Positions 50,867-62,285 of a stretch of DNA of 64,000 nt are shown piece by piece. Position numbers and translations under genes: made by a program. This DNA comes from Blasia pusilla (lineage: Eukaryota). The notes below the pieces were generated by a model. That model was not told the DNA's origin, did no database searches, and worked only from the letters and a program-made list of their open reading frames with translations. Location: positions 29,574,001 through 29,638,000 of the forward strand of contig CM114271.1 in the NCBI GenBank assembly GCA_050084515.1, read 5' to 3'. How positions within the stretch are numbered: position 1 is the first letter of the stretch; every line of letters starts with the position of its first letter.

Positions 50867-51630
50867 TTGGAGATATTTTGGTACTTCTCACCTCTGTGGA
50901 TGGATGCCATGAGTTAGCATGGGATCATGTGTGTTTGTGTATGTGTTCGATGATAGCGATGTATGTTGTGTAGCGATGTGTATGCGCACGACAACTGTCA
51001 CGATTGTTAGGATAGATCGGTGGGATCTAGTGGAGCGTCTGCATGAGTAGTGGAGGACAGGCCCAAGAGGTCGAGGATGATCTGTTGAGGCCCCGGGAAA
51101 CATGAGAGAGCAGGTTTCCCCTTCGTTTCGGCTCATTTGGAGCCATATAGAGAAACTTACTATTTTGGGTAAGTTTCCATATTAGGGATAATTGAATTTC
51201 CATTTTGGGAAGTGGCCCTTGCCCCGCTACAACAAGTCAAGAGCCATGGAGGTGACCTGCAAGAATAGATTACCGTTGAGAGGGCTTGGGAGAGGGAAGG
51301 GGGTATACCTCCAAGAGAGAGAGCTTGAGAGCTCATTCTCTCTTTGTTGAACTTCTTGGCATAAGGCGGCGGAGTTATGGTCCCTTGTCTTGTGAGTGTA
51401 ACCCAGGCCTCTCATTAGGAGAGTGGGTTTGGTTTGACATGAGAGAGAGTGTTTGAGAGCTATGGTGTGAGATGGTGTAGAGAGAGATTGGATCTTCCTT
51501 TAATTGGAGATATTTTGGTACTTCTCGCCTCTGTGTATGGATGCCATGAGTTAGCATGGGATCGTGTATGTTTGTGTGTGTGTTCGATGACAGCGATGTA
51601 TGTTGTGTAGCGATGTGTATGCGCAAGACT
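50867..51630 (+). repeat. 3' split direct repeat B1(50867-50993)-AC-A2(50996-51503)-B2(51504-51630); A1 at 41931-42443
   Basis: A2 matches the 5' terminus A1. B is duplicated only at the 3' end and is absent after A1. Confidence 0.92.
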
Positions 51631-54479
51631 CATTATTGGAAGTGCTCTAATTTTTGCAAGATCAGGGAAAGTCATTATCAGATTTCTCGAATATGCCCCA
51701 AGCAAACTTTTGAGCAATTCATGTCCTAAGCAAACTTTTGATCAATCGCTTTTGCACTTAGAAGAAGAAGAGTTATTGCATGTCATTGATCAACATGGGC
51801 TCCAAAATCGTGTGCAATTAGGAGAATCATCTTTGAATGAAGGACAACGTAAGATTTGGGATGCTGTACATGATCATGATGAACTTCATAGTATTTCCCT
51901 TGATGCTCTACCATCTGCCAAACTATTCTTCATTGATGACCCAAGTGGAAGGGGAATGAAATTCTTATATAATCTTCTTCTCGCAAGTATGAGAAATAGT
52001 GGGGGTATAGCTTTGGTTGTTGCATCATCTGGGATGGCCGCTCTTTTACTAGATGGAAGCCGTACGACACATTCATGCTTCAAGATTCCTTTCACGCTTG
52101 ATAAGAGCTCTACTTGCAAGTAGGTCTCACTAATTAAATCATCAATAAGAGGGAAATGAAGCCTCTACCTTGAATTTTCAAGTCCTAATTTATTTCATTC
52201 TTACATAATATGTAGATTTCCAGTTTCCAGTCTTGTAGCACACTTAATTCAATGACTTTTGCTTATTATATGGGATGAATCATCCATGACTCATCGTCAC
52301 GCATTTGAGGTAGTTAATCATACCTTACAAGATATTATGGGAATGGTCTGTGAGAAATTTAGGCATATACCATTTGGGGGGAAGTTGATAATATTTGGTG
52401 GTGATTTCCGCCAAGTCTTACCTAGTTGTTCGTCATGGGGACAGTCCAAGAATGATCCAAGCCACTTTAGAGAGATCAATGTTATGGTCTCATATAAGGG
52501 TTAGGAAGTTAAGTACAAATATGAGAGTTCAAAGGTTGGAAGGTCATATGTGCATTCACCAACAAGCTTTGCTGATTGATTATTGGAAGTAGGAGAAAGT
52601 CACATACTGTAGCAATTACTCTTGGAAGATAATTTTATATAATTGCCATAGGATATGGTCACAAAAAATAAGAAAAAAGGCGATCTTATTGATACTATTT
52701 AATATGGAAACAATCCTCAACTCTTTCATGATATCAAATCTTTGAGAGACACAACTAGTTTGACACTACAAAATAGAGATGTTTATGAGATTAACGATGA
52801 AGTCATGTCTCGATTCCATAGACATCTCATAAGAATTTTCCATTCATCTAAGTAAGTTATGTCATTCCGTATGATGTATGTTCATGACTACATCTAATCC
52901 ATATTATATATGTTATCTAGAGGAGCATACTTACCTTAATATTGACTAAGTCCCAAATGAGGGTATAAATCATGTCTATTCTGAAAGAATTCTTGAATAC
53001 ATGCTTGCCTTGTAGCCTACCTCCATATCGTTTGTGTTAGAAAATAGATACATCCATTTTGCTCTTACAAAACATGGATGGCTCCAATGGACAAGCAAAT
53101 GGTACACAAATGGTAATTCAAGGATTTATGCAACATGCGATTGATGGAGAAATTATCACAGGAAAGAACATCGAAGATCGTGTTCTTACTCCACGTATTC
53201 CATCAATCGCATCTCATTTCGGCATACCTCTTGATCTACGTAGAGTTAAATTCCCTATTCGCCATGCATTGGCCATAATCATAAATAAGTCTCAAGGTGA
53301 GACTTTACAAAAAGTTGGGATTTACTTACCTACTACTATTTTTTTCTCATGGCTAGTTGTATGTAGCTTTATCTAGAGTTCGGCTTAGGAAAGCAATACA
53401 TATTACACTTGTAAATAAAGAGTTTAACTTCATCCATAATGTAGTGTATAGAGAGATCTTATAATGAAATTTAAAAAAAACATAAATTTTCCATATTTTT
53501 TCATGAATAAAAAACCCGTGCTTTGTATGGGCATCTTACTAGTCTCTTTATAAACTACACTAGGTGTGTAATGATATTCACTAGATCTTTCTCTCTTTCT
53601 CCTTTTCAAATTATAGTAATTCAAATCATATAAACGAGGTTTGTAAAATAGTTTCTTTTTAACGTGACGACCAGGTGTTTAAGAAGCTCCTTACAAAAAA
53701 AGAAATCTTACCTTAACAATATAACTGAAATTATCTTAAAAAAAAGGAAAGGATATACTATTAAAATAAAATTACCTCGCAGAGATGAAACGTTTGAAAT
53801 CATGCTCTCCCATTTTTGGACACGTATCAAAATATAATTTGAAAATATGAATTGATTTGATCAATTGTGTATACTAAATTTCATTTTATAGTAGTAAGGA
53901 TCCATGAGGGAGGTTTCAATATCACTCTCCTTACCCATCTCTCTATATGACCTAAAAATTATCTTTGACGGAATAGTGACGTGTATCAAAAAGAGGAAAG
54001 ACTAAATAAAAATTATCCTTCAATTAGTATATAAATTAATTAATGTAAACTAGTGTAAATCATTGTAATGTATGAGTTTAAATCATCTCCACTAATTAAT
54101 TCTCAAAGTTTTAAAACTAATTTCGAACAATCCTATTAATTAAAATGAATCATCTTATTTGATTGATTATGCCAAGTGTCGAAAGGAGAAATGTTTGCAA
54201 AATGATAGGGCATTGTCCAATAATTGTATAGATGCATGAACGTGGAGGCTATAGGCACGTGAATCCCAACTTGTAAGCCATGTCCCATATTTACCATTTA
54301 AAAAAAATAGGTAGTCCCCGGTAGGAACTAATTTACTCTTTGACTTACTTACAATATATATCCACTTTATATCCACTGAAAAGAGGACAAAGAAAGGTAA
54401 TAACATCTCAAAAGAGGAGTAAAAAAATGCATAATGGAATGCAAAAAGAAAATGGCAACTAGCCAAGGCAAACATCGAT

Positions 54480-55940
54480 TCAACGAGCTACACAATTGAT
54501 AGTCTGAAACAAATCTGACAAGAACACGAGTGGTTGGTCAGACAAGAATGGACAACGAGACGAGCCATCCCCCACCACCTTCGCACGACGTATCAATGCC
54601 AAGGCTTGTGCACGTTGTAAGGCCACTGAGATGCATTGCAGAAAATAAGTAGTAACTACAGAGAGAGAAGGACTACGGGAAGGGGCAAGCTGATGATTCT
54701 CGAGGGAGTGGTGAGCACATATTTTCAGGAAACTATCAAAAGACATATGTAAATGACCGAATACTTCCAGTGCAAAAGGAATAAATCCATCACTCGCATG
54801 TCTCACATCATAACTTAACTCCTTGATTCTTGTTGCAGCTTCGGCCGCTAGACCTTTGGTATGTGCGGCTCGACACACAAAGTCAAAACGTGTTGGATCA
54901 ACAACCACCACATCACCTAGTATCCGGAATCCATCTCGATCGAGATATGACAAGATCCACTCCTTGTGTGGTTGAAGGTAGGACATGGAGTTGCTCTTGC
55001 CCAACGATGTATCCTGCAGTACAAGCCACCGATGCTACCGCCTCTCTAATGACATCATGTGTGGCCGTTCGTTCTTCACCATGTGCACATCGTAGAATAT
55101 GGATACCCTTCGCATCAATGGGATCCCCGAATACACAATTTGGCACATCTAACAGAGAAGGATGGGAAAGTCCAAGGCGTAACCGTAAAGCTGTCGAGAA
55201 TATATTTCGAGGAAGACGAAATGGATGAATAAGAGGATTTGCAGTAAGCCACGCCCCCGCTCCGATACCCTTACATGAACGCAGACGAGCTCGATGAGCG
55301 TCAGAGGATGCTTTAGAGAGAATGCTAGAAAAGTTGATTTGATGCAGATTCTCAGAGATATGCTCTTGAAGTCGATCAAGCCCTTCCGTAATCAATTGAT
55401 TGAAAGGGGGTAGAATTGCTTGTATAGCAAGAGGAAGAAGAGCTCTTGTAGATCTCAGCTGTTGTTGAAATAACAGAGTCACCCTCCTCTACATAGGCGA
55501 CATGATCCATCAAGATAGGTGTATCTCCTTGGAGAAACCTTGAAGCCATAATCGGTGCTACCAACGCCCAACTCCCCAAAAAGGCTGCGAGAGCACATGC
55601 GATTGTGGAGGAAAGTCCCATCCCTCAAAAAGAAATTGGCAAGATAGCTTGTCGTGAAGCCAAAAAACCATCCTCTCCCTCAAATGTATTCGGGCCAAGA
55701 AGTTGATCAAAAGTTGCCAAGATAGAAGCGTCAAAAGAGGCCAACCGATGTAAGAACCTTGAAGTGGGAGGACAAGTGCAAAGAAGGTAGGAAGGACGTT
55801 GTAGAAAACATTGGGAGAGAATCCCATAAGCCACTTGGGTATCCCCTAGATGAGCTAACAAATGAAACCATTCCATGTCTTTCTAAAAGGCCTCATCCAA
55901 GAATTTTGAGACATAGTCGACGAAACTATTTGGGACCCTA
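54480..55940 (-). mobile_element. 5'-truncated non-LTR retrotransposon with restriction-like endonuclease (CRE-like)
   Basis: Post-RT region, HRARLRSCKGIGAGAWL, LRLRLGL, zinc-finger remnant C..H..C, THD, DLVI...DVVV, AAEAATRIKELSY, FIPFALEVFG. Broken by frameshifts. Confidence 0.8.
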
Positions 55941-57125
55941 ACCCGTTCAATGGAGATGAGAATATCATGATTAGGTGGGGGTGAATGTTGAGGCAAGACA
56001 TGAAAGAGACCATACTAGATTTATTAAGAAAGAGAGATAGCTCCACTAAATACTTCCGATACCATATGAATTTCTTTTCACCCACACAAATATTAAATGC
56101 CCATGAAGCTTTGCCCCGTAGGAAACTAGGCCTATGGGAAAAGACCTAGGTCACATCGACAGCACGCGTTCTTACTAGTAAGGCATTAATATGATACCGA
56201 AGTTAGAGTTAAGAAAAAACTGACGATACATTTTGAAGGAAAGAAATTGTTACCTGAAAGTACGGGACGACATACTGTGGTACTGCAAGGCAGGACGAGC
56301 TGCGGCGGTTTCGGGCGAGGAGCCACGGAGCGGCGAACTGAGGGAAAAGTTCCGTCTGTTCCTCAGTGGGTATCTTGAATCAGACTCATTGATTCACGCG
56401 ACGGAAGTTATTCTGGGGCCCCTGGATCTTTTCTTCGTTTCCTTAGGGGCTGTCGCAGGGCTATAGAGGAATCTCACCTGCTGGGCGTCTACCCAGAATC
56501 CGGAGGGGACGCGAAGAAAGCGATGGACAGCGCGTAGCTGTGTACGACAGGGAGGATCGATATCGAAGCAGATGACAGTGGGAGGCGGAGCGAGAGGTGT
56601 GCATGAATTTCTGCGGAACAGCGCTCTGTGTGTGCACAGCGGAGAATCTGGAAGGATCAGGGATCTAGTATACACGTGTCTGTCGGCTTTATTAAAGATC
56701 AAACAAACTCATACGAATATGTTTCTTGTCAGATAGTGCCGGTGGTGGTACCAGACGTGTCAAATATTCAGGGATATGCAGTGTGGACCCTACACACGGT
56801 CTCTTGCCTTGCTCTGCTGCAAATTGTGCAAGGCGTCGTGACTCGTGATTCAAGCTCGCCACCATCTTCACCTCATTTTTGTATTGTGTTTCCTTCCGTT
56901 TTCGCGTTGCAATTGTGAGACAGATAACTCTTGCACTTCGCAGCGTTTTGCTGACCGCTTGTGCCTGTCGGCATCGTTTTTGGAGTTGAGCTTGATTAAC
57001 CTCCGCATATCTGTTGGGGGCCATGATCGCAAAATTTCCGAGGGATAAGAAGGAGAGAATTTTCGGTTTGTTGTGACCATCCATTCCTTCTTGATCGGTC
57101 ATCTCTTCTTTTTGTAAAGCGGGAA

Positions 57126-57203
57126 ATGCGGCAGAAGGGAAGCAACAACAACAAGCGGTCGCGCAGCTTTTCACGGACTCGCGTTGCTATCGAGGGGTCT
57201 TGA
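57126..57203 (+). promoter_or_regulatory. Conserved-peptide uORF of PEAMT (25 aa, MRQKGSNNNKRSRSFSRTRVAIEGS)
   Basis: ATG 57126 to TGA 57203, about 200 nt upstream of the PEAMT ATG. The RSRSFSRxRxAxEG core matches the known plant PEAMT/XPL1 phosphocholine-responsive uORF. Confidence 0.9.
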
Positions 57204-57410
57204 GGCCTATGCGTTTCAGAAGTGAACAACTGCTGCTGCAGGCGAGGACAACTCTTTGAGATTTGTGATTCAATTCATAAGCCTCACCAGAGCAGAGCTT
57301 CAAGCGTCTCCAGAAATCTGTGTCTAATAGCTCGCGCTTATCTTCGAGAGCTTTCGGCACCGCCGGAGGTCTACGCCATACATCGAGCTCAACGTCCTTA
57401 CAACTTCACA

Positions 57411-60400
57411 ATGACTATTTCTGGTAACTGTCAGCTCCATAGAGAATTCTGGATCTAGTGTTGTAGAACGCTGATGTAGAACGTTGTGCCTAATTACAAC
57501 GGGTGTGACGCCATTGTCTTCCTCCTTAAGATCGTTGAGAAGTAGCAGCGCGTTGGAAATGTTGAAATGTCCAAGAATGTGTTTCGAGTTTTGTTCCCAG
57601 AATGCCAGAGGTGCTTAGATTCTTCACACAAGGCCCGGTCTTTGTGAACTTCTCATTTCGGATGTGTGGATTGGTGATATCCATCGCCTTTGTAATGCAA
57701 AGCAATGCATTCCCTATCGTGATACGTTGATTTCGTAGTCCGAATTTCACATTTCTCTTGGTTCAGATGACAATTCGCCACCATACGGTATTCCTAAACG
57801 CAGTATCTTTTCTGTTCATGGGGATAGGCGCTATGCTTCTTCAATGAGATCGTACTCTTCAGTTTTGGACTACATACTACTCCTATACTCCGCAGATGAA
57901 GCTAACTTCTCTTCACGAACTTGGTCTTGGAAGGCTAACATACTCACAGAGTATGCTCTTGTCTGGTCGACGCCCTGCATTTCGTTGCTTTTCCACGAGG
58001 GAAAGTTTCGTTGACGAGTTACGTGTGCGCAGTCAGGAACGAATCGATTTTGTAGTGAGATGTGGCTCGCAAGAAACACTTATATCTTTCTATGTTGGAA
58101 GCAGATTTCTTCCGCTTCGTTGGATACTTTAGTTGAACTTAAGGATCGGAAGAAATTCCTCCCGGTTTATTTGGAAGGGATTGGAAGGCAGACATCAAAT
58201 TTGTCTTCTAGTCGAGGATAACTGGTTTTCCAAAAGTAGCCTTCGTCCATCCTCCTTTTCTATGTGTTTGCATTGGAAAGGTTGTCAGGCAATCCGTCCA
58301 GTTTTGCAGTTTCAGTGTCTTAAGTGAGACATAGTAGAACCAGATGGCTCTCCAGGCTTAGAAATTTAGTTCAACAAGCCGAGAGCACCTGTCTCTGGTG
58401 TCTGGTCCAGATATCCTGCTCATTGGCGCGGAGATTAGGAGCGTAGGAGAATGTCATTGCCTTACAATCTTGGAGCCCGCGCCTCGAGAGTTCATCTGAT
58501 CATTCGTTTGTCTTTCTTCAGATGAAAGGACGGTGCAGGAGACGTACTGGAAAGAGCACACTGCGGAGTTGAGCATTGAAGCAATGATGCTGGATAGTCA
58601 GGCGGAGAAACTCGACAAGGAAGAAAGACCAGAGGTGAAGTGCTGACATCCTTTCTTGGTCTCAATTTCCTTGACTTTCTATCTGCTTGGTCATTACTCA
58701 GTCGCGCGCACGTATCTGCCGCTCGACAGTTTTATGCTTTGATGGTCTAAATCTCCGCCCCGTTAAACTACCGCATTATACCGTCCGACATCCATCTCTA
58801 CGGGAGTTGAAGAAGAAAGTAATGCCCTCTTGTAAATTCTTCTTAACTGTTGAACGTTCATTTCAAGAGCTCGCCATAAATCCTCGGTCCTTTCAACGTT
58901 TGTCCGTGGTCCCCTGAAATAGTGTGCCACTTTCATTCTACCTTTCTGTGCTTTATAGGTGTGACGCGCTCACTCTTTCCGTTCTCCACCTTTTAGTGAA
59001 ATGAAATGGCAAACATGAGAGCATGGTAGTTGGTAGGTAAAAGTAATGAGTCGTACAACCAAGCTAATCAAGGTTTCCACGACTTTCGTACTTTCCACAG
59101 ATTTTGGCATCAATTCCACCAATCGCAGGAAAACGTGTCATTGAGCTTGGAGCGGGTATTGGTCGCTTCACCGGAGAACTCGCAAAATCTGCCGGTCATG
59201 TTTTGGCGATGGACTTCATGGAGAAAGCGCTGGAAAAGGTTCTCATATGTGTCCTTGTAACCCAGGCGATTTTTTGACGTGTCATGCCTTATCACCGACT
59301 GCATCTTATCAAGCTCCCTTTCGATCTTTGAACCAGTGAATAATTTCAAGCTCTGCCTTTGGTGGTTTGTATTCCATCCTAATTATTCTTTTGCTCCGGA
59401 GTTAGGTTGTATATGAAAACTATTTCTCGACTTCGTTCTGACTGAATATGAACTCTATGGCAGAACAAGGAGCTGCATGGCCATTACAACAATGTGCGAT
59501 TTCTTTGTGCGGATGTCACATCACCTCATTTGGATGTAGAGCCAGAGTCTGCCGACCTCGTATTTTCCAATTGGCTCCTTATGTACTTGTCTGACGATGA
59601 AGTAAGCACTCGCTCTGTTCGAGAGTTGCAATACCACACGTGACTCGGCATGTTTCAGCTAGTTTAGTCACTTTAAGTCTACCCGGACGTCTTAGAATGT
59701 ATATGTTTCATTTGAATTCTGGTCATTGCAGCAACAGAGGTGCCACATCGCATGGATGACATGTGTTTACGATCTCCAGTAACCTACCGGGTATCAGTCA
59801 GTACCTAACAAATACTATCTGCTGGCTTGAAGGTCAAAGCTCTGGCGGCGAGAGTGATTAAGTGGATAAAACCTGGTGGGTACTTCTTCTTTCGAGAATC
59901 CTGCTTTCATCAATCCGGAGATCACAAACGCCAAAGCAACCCAACTCACTATCGTCCACCCAGTTTTTATAACACGGTACGAATCTTTGGGTGTTCATAC
60001 CGGCCTGTTTTCCTTTTCTTGCTAATCCTCTCGCGAAATTTACCGAAACACTGACAAAACTTTTCTGGGTGGAAAGATAATCGAACAAGTCATCTGTGAA
60101 GAGGAGAACGGCAACTTCTTCGAGTTCAAACTGGTCAATTCCAAATGTGTTGGCGCCTACGTTCGCAACAAGAAGAACCAGAACCAGGTAACCCCGCAGT
60201 TTCCGTGCTATTTCCCTGCCAAAAGTGAACCATTTATTTAACTGGAAGAGCACTTTTACATGTTCCGAGGGGGGTGCAAATGATTCCGTAGCAATGTGGA
60301 ATCTGGATTTTTTCTACATGATTGTTTTGAGTTCTTCGTTATATTGAGGAGTTCATGGGCGCAGGTGTGCTGGCTGTGGCGGAAAACGGTGGCAGTAGGA

Positions 60401-62285
60401 ATAGGAGAGAGGGGTTTCCAACAGTTTTTGGATACAGTCCAATATACCAAAACTGGGATATTGCGCTATGAACGTATCTTCGGTGAAGGATTTGTCAGCA
60501 CGGGTGGAATCAGTACGTTGGTTCTCTCTCTGATATATGTAACTATATATTTGGATGACTTGTAGCGAAGATTGGTCATGTCTACTCTAGCGGAAGCTGT
60601 TAGTTACAGATTCACTCTGTCACGGATTCTCCTGCATCTCCTGACTTCCATATTTATTTGCTTCTAGAAACGACCGAAGAGTTCGTGGAGATGCTTGACC
60701 TTCAACCGGGCAACAAGGTTTTGGATGTGGGTTGTGGAATTGGGGGTGGAGACTTCTACATGGCTGACAAGTACGATTTGGAAGTGACCGGGATAGATCT
60801 ATCTGTAAACATGGTTTCAATCGCTTTGGAGCGTGCAATTGGACTCCAAACCGCCTGCCAGTTCGAAGTTGCCGATTGTACCACGAAGCAATATGAAAAT
60901 GAGACTTTCGACGTTGTTTACAGCCGGGATACTCTTCTCCATATCCAGGTTCTGCTTATGTGCTTTGCTTTTCCATCACTTGCCTCCGATTCTGAATATT
61001 GGATTTGTCACCTTATGTAGCGGAATCTTACAAATAAAGTGTCTTGACGCTTTACGCCAGCATCAGCAGCGTCATTGTCGTACTTCCTGGATTTTCATGC
61101 GCTACTGTATGAGATGTCGTAGCATGGGTAGCCACGTTATTCGAAAGCGTAAACTTTTTAGGCGCCCAACCAAATATGTACTTCACCGCGACAAACACGC
61201 GAGGAGAGCGGAATTGAGAAGACCCGAGTATTCTTGTTGAAAAAAGTCGGTCATGAAACAGAGAAATAGACTTTGCTGATTGCTGATTAAGGGTCTTCCC
61301 AGTTCGTATGACCGAGACTTGATAAAATTTGACCACAGGATAAACCAGCACTCTTCAAGTCCTTTTTCAATTGGCTGAGACCCGGTGGCCGAGTCCTTAT
61401 TAGCGATTATTGCAAGTCAGAGGAACCAGCTTCTGAAGAGTTTCAGGCCTATATCAAGCAGCGAGGCTATGACCTTCATGACGTTCCCGCCTATGGCCAG
61501 GTAAAGGCACTGGACAAAGAAACCCTTCATTGGTATAGAGTTCAGTGGACCTGATAACTGACAAGACTGATGCCCGACAACTCTAACTGTTTCTATCTAA
61601 TGTGTGTGGGCAGATGCTACGAGATGCTGGATTTGTCGTGATACGTGCCGAAGATCGCACGGATCAGGTTTTTACTACCCCTTGATTTTATCAGGACTGT
61701 CCCTGCGCTTCGTCTTGAATGTTGCTTATGCCCGCAGATTAAACCTGCATGTTTCAGAGTCGCCGAAGCATCCGACTGGCTTTTAGTATAATTAGACAAT
61801 CACAATGTGAGATCTTGATCAAGGATCTAGTAGATTGGTGTTCCGTGAATCCTTTTTGTTATGCTTCGGCTCATCTCATTTGCTCTGTTCTGTTTCCAGT
61901 TCATGGAGATTTTGAAAGCGGAGCTCGCGGTTACCAGAGAAAACAAAGAGGAATTTGTTAAGGACTTTTCGGAGGTAGTTTCCTGTAGCCGATTTTTCAC
62001 TCTTCCTTCTAGATTCACGTTGGGAATTGCGTAGGGTAAGCAAACTGTAATCCATTGAGTAACTGGGGCATTCGTTGCATTCAGTACGCAAACCATTGAT
62101 TCAGCCCTGATCATATCACTAAAAATCAGGTTTACAAAATCTGATGCTCTTTCCTTTCTTTGCAGCATGATTATGACTACATCGTTGACGGATGGGAAGC
62201 AAAGTTGAAAAGGTGTTCTCGTGGCGAGCAAAAATGGGGTCTCTTCCTCGCCCTCAAGCCTGGCTCAATTGTGAACGGGATCTAA
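57411..62285 (+). CDS. PEAMT: Phosphoethanolamine N-methyltransferase (two SAM domains), 13 exons, ~505 aa
   Basis: Exons 57411-57423, 57767-57787, 58522-58634, 59101-59238, 59464-59601, 59833-59976, 60077-60187, 60365-60512, 60668-60948, 61339-61500, 61614-61667, 61900-61974, 62166-62285 join in frame. Motifs YWKEH...[55 protein letters not shown]. The first two micro-exons are less certain. Confidence 0.95.

Larger units (their letters stand above)
41931..51630 (+). mobile_element. Near-complete Ty3/Gypsy-like retrotransposon: gag, C5 DNA methyltransferase, RT, RNase H, DDE integrase, PHD finger; split direct repeats (copy 2)
   Basis: A1 41931-42443; gag ~44350-45420 with CCHC-type knuckles; protease deleted here but present in copy 1; MTase ~46325-47336; RT YIDD ~48285; RNase H ~48710-49080; integrase HHCC + WSLDFAGP/LTDQGTEF/GLAER; PHD 50565-50700; B1-A2-B2 50867-51630; CATT TSD. 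Confidence 0.95.
38380..53542 (+). mobile_element. Decayed Helitron (Rep/Pif1 helicase), interrupted by the Gypsy-like insertion at 41931-51630
   Basis: CPSC...CCDNGKIQL; HUH motif VEFQKR-LPH (~40284); VKYLYKYVYK; helicase [51 protein letters not shown]. 3' end is hairpin cccgtgc-ttt-gtatggg plus CTAG at 53539-53542. 5' end not located. Confidence 0.92.

Noticed and set aside
41931-51630. DIRS/Ngaro tyrosine-recombinase element (suggested by the split repeats and a methyltransferase)
   Set aside because: It encodes an HHCC + DDE integrase and a Gypsy-type RT/RNase H, and it makes a TSD. No YR motifs were seen, and the MTase is C5-type rather than adenine-type.
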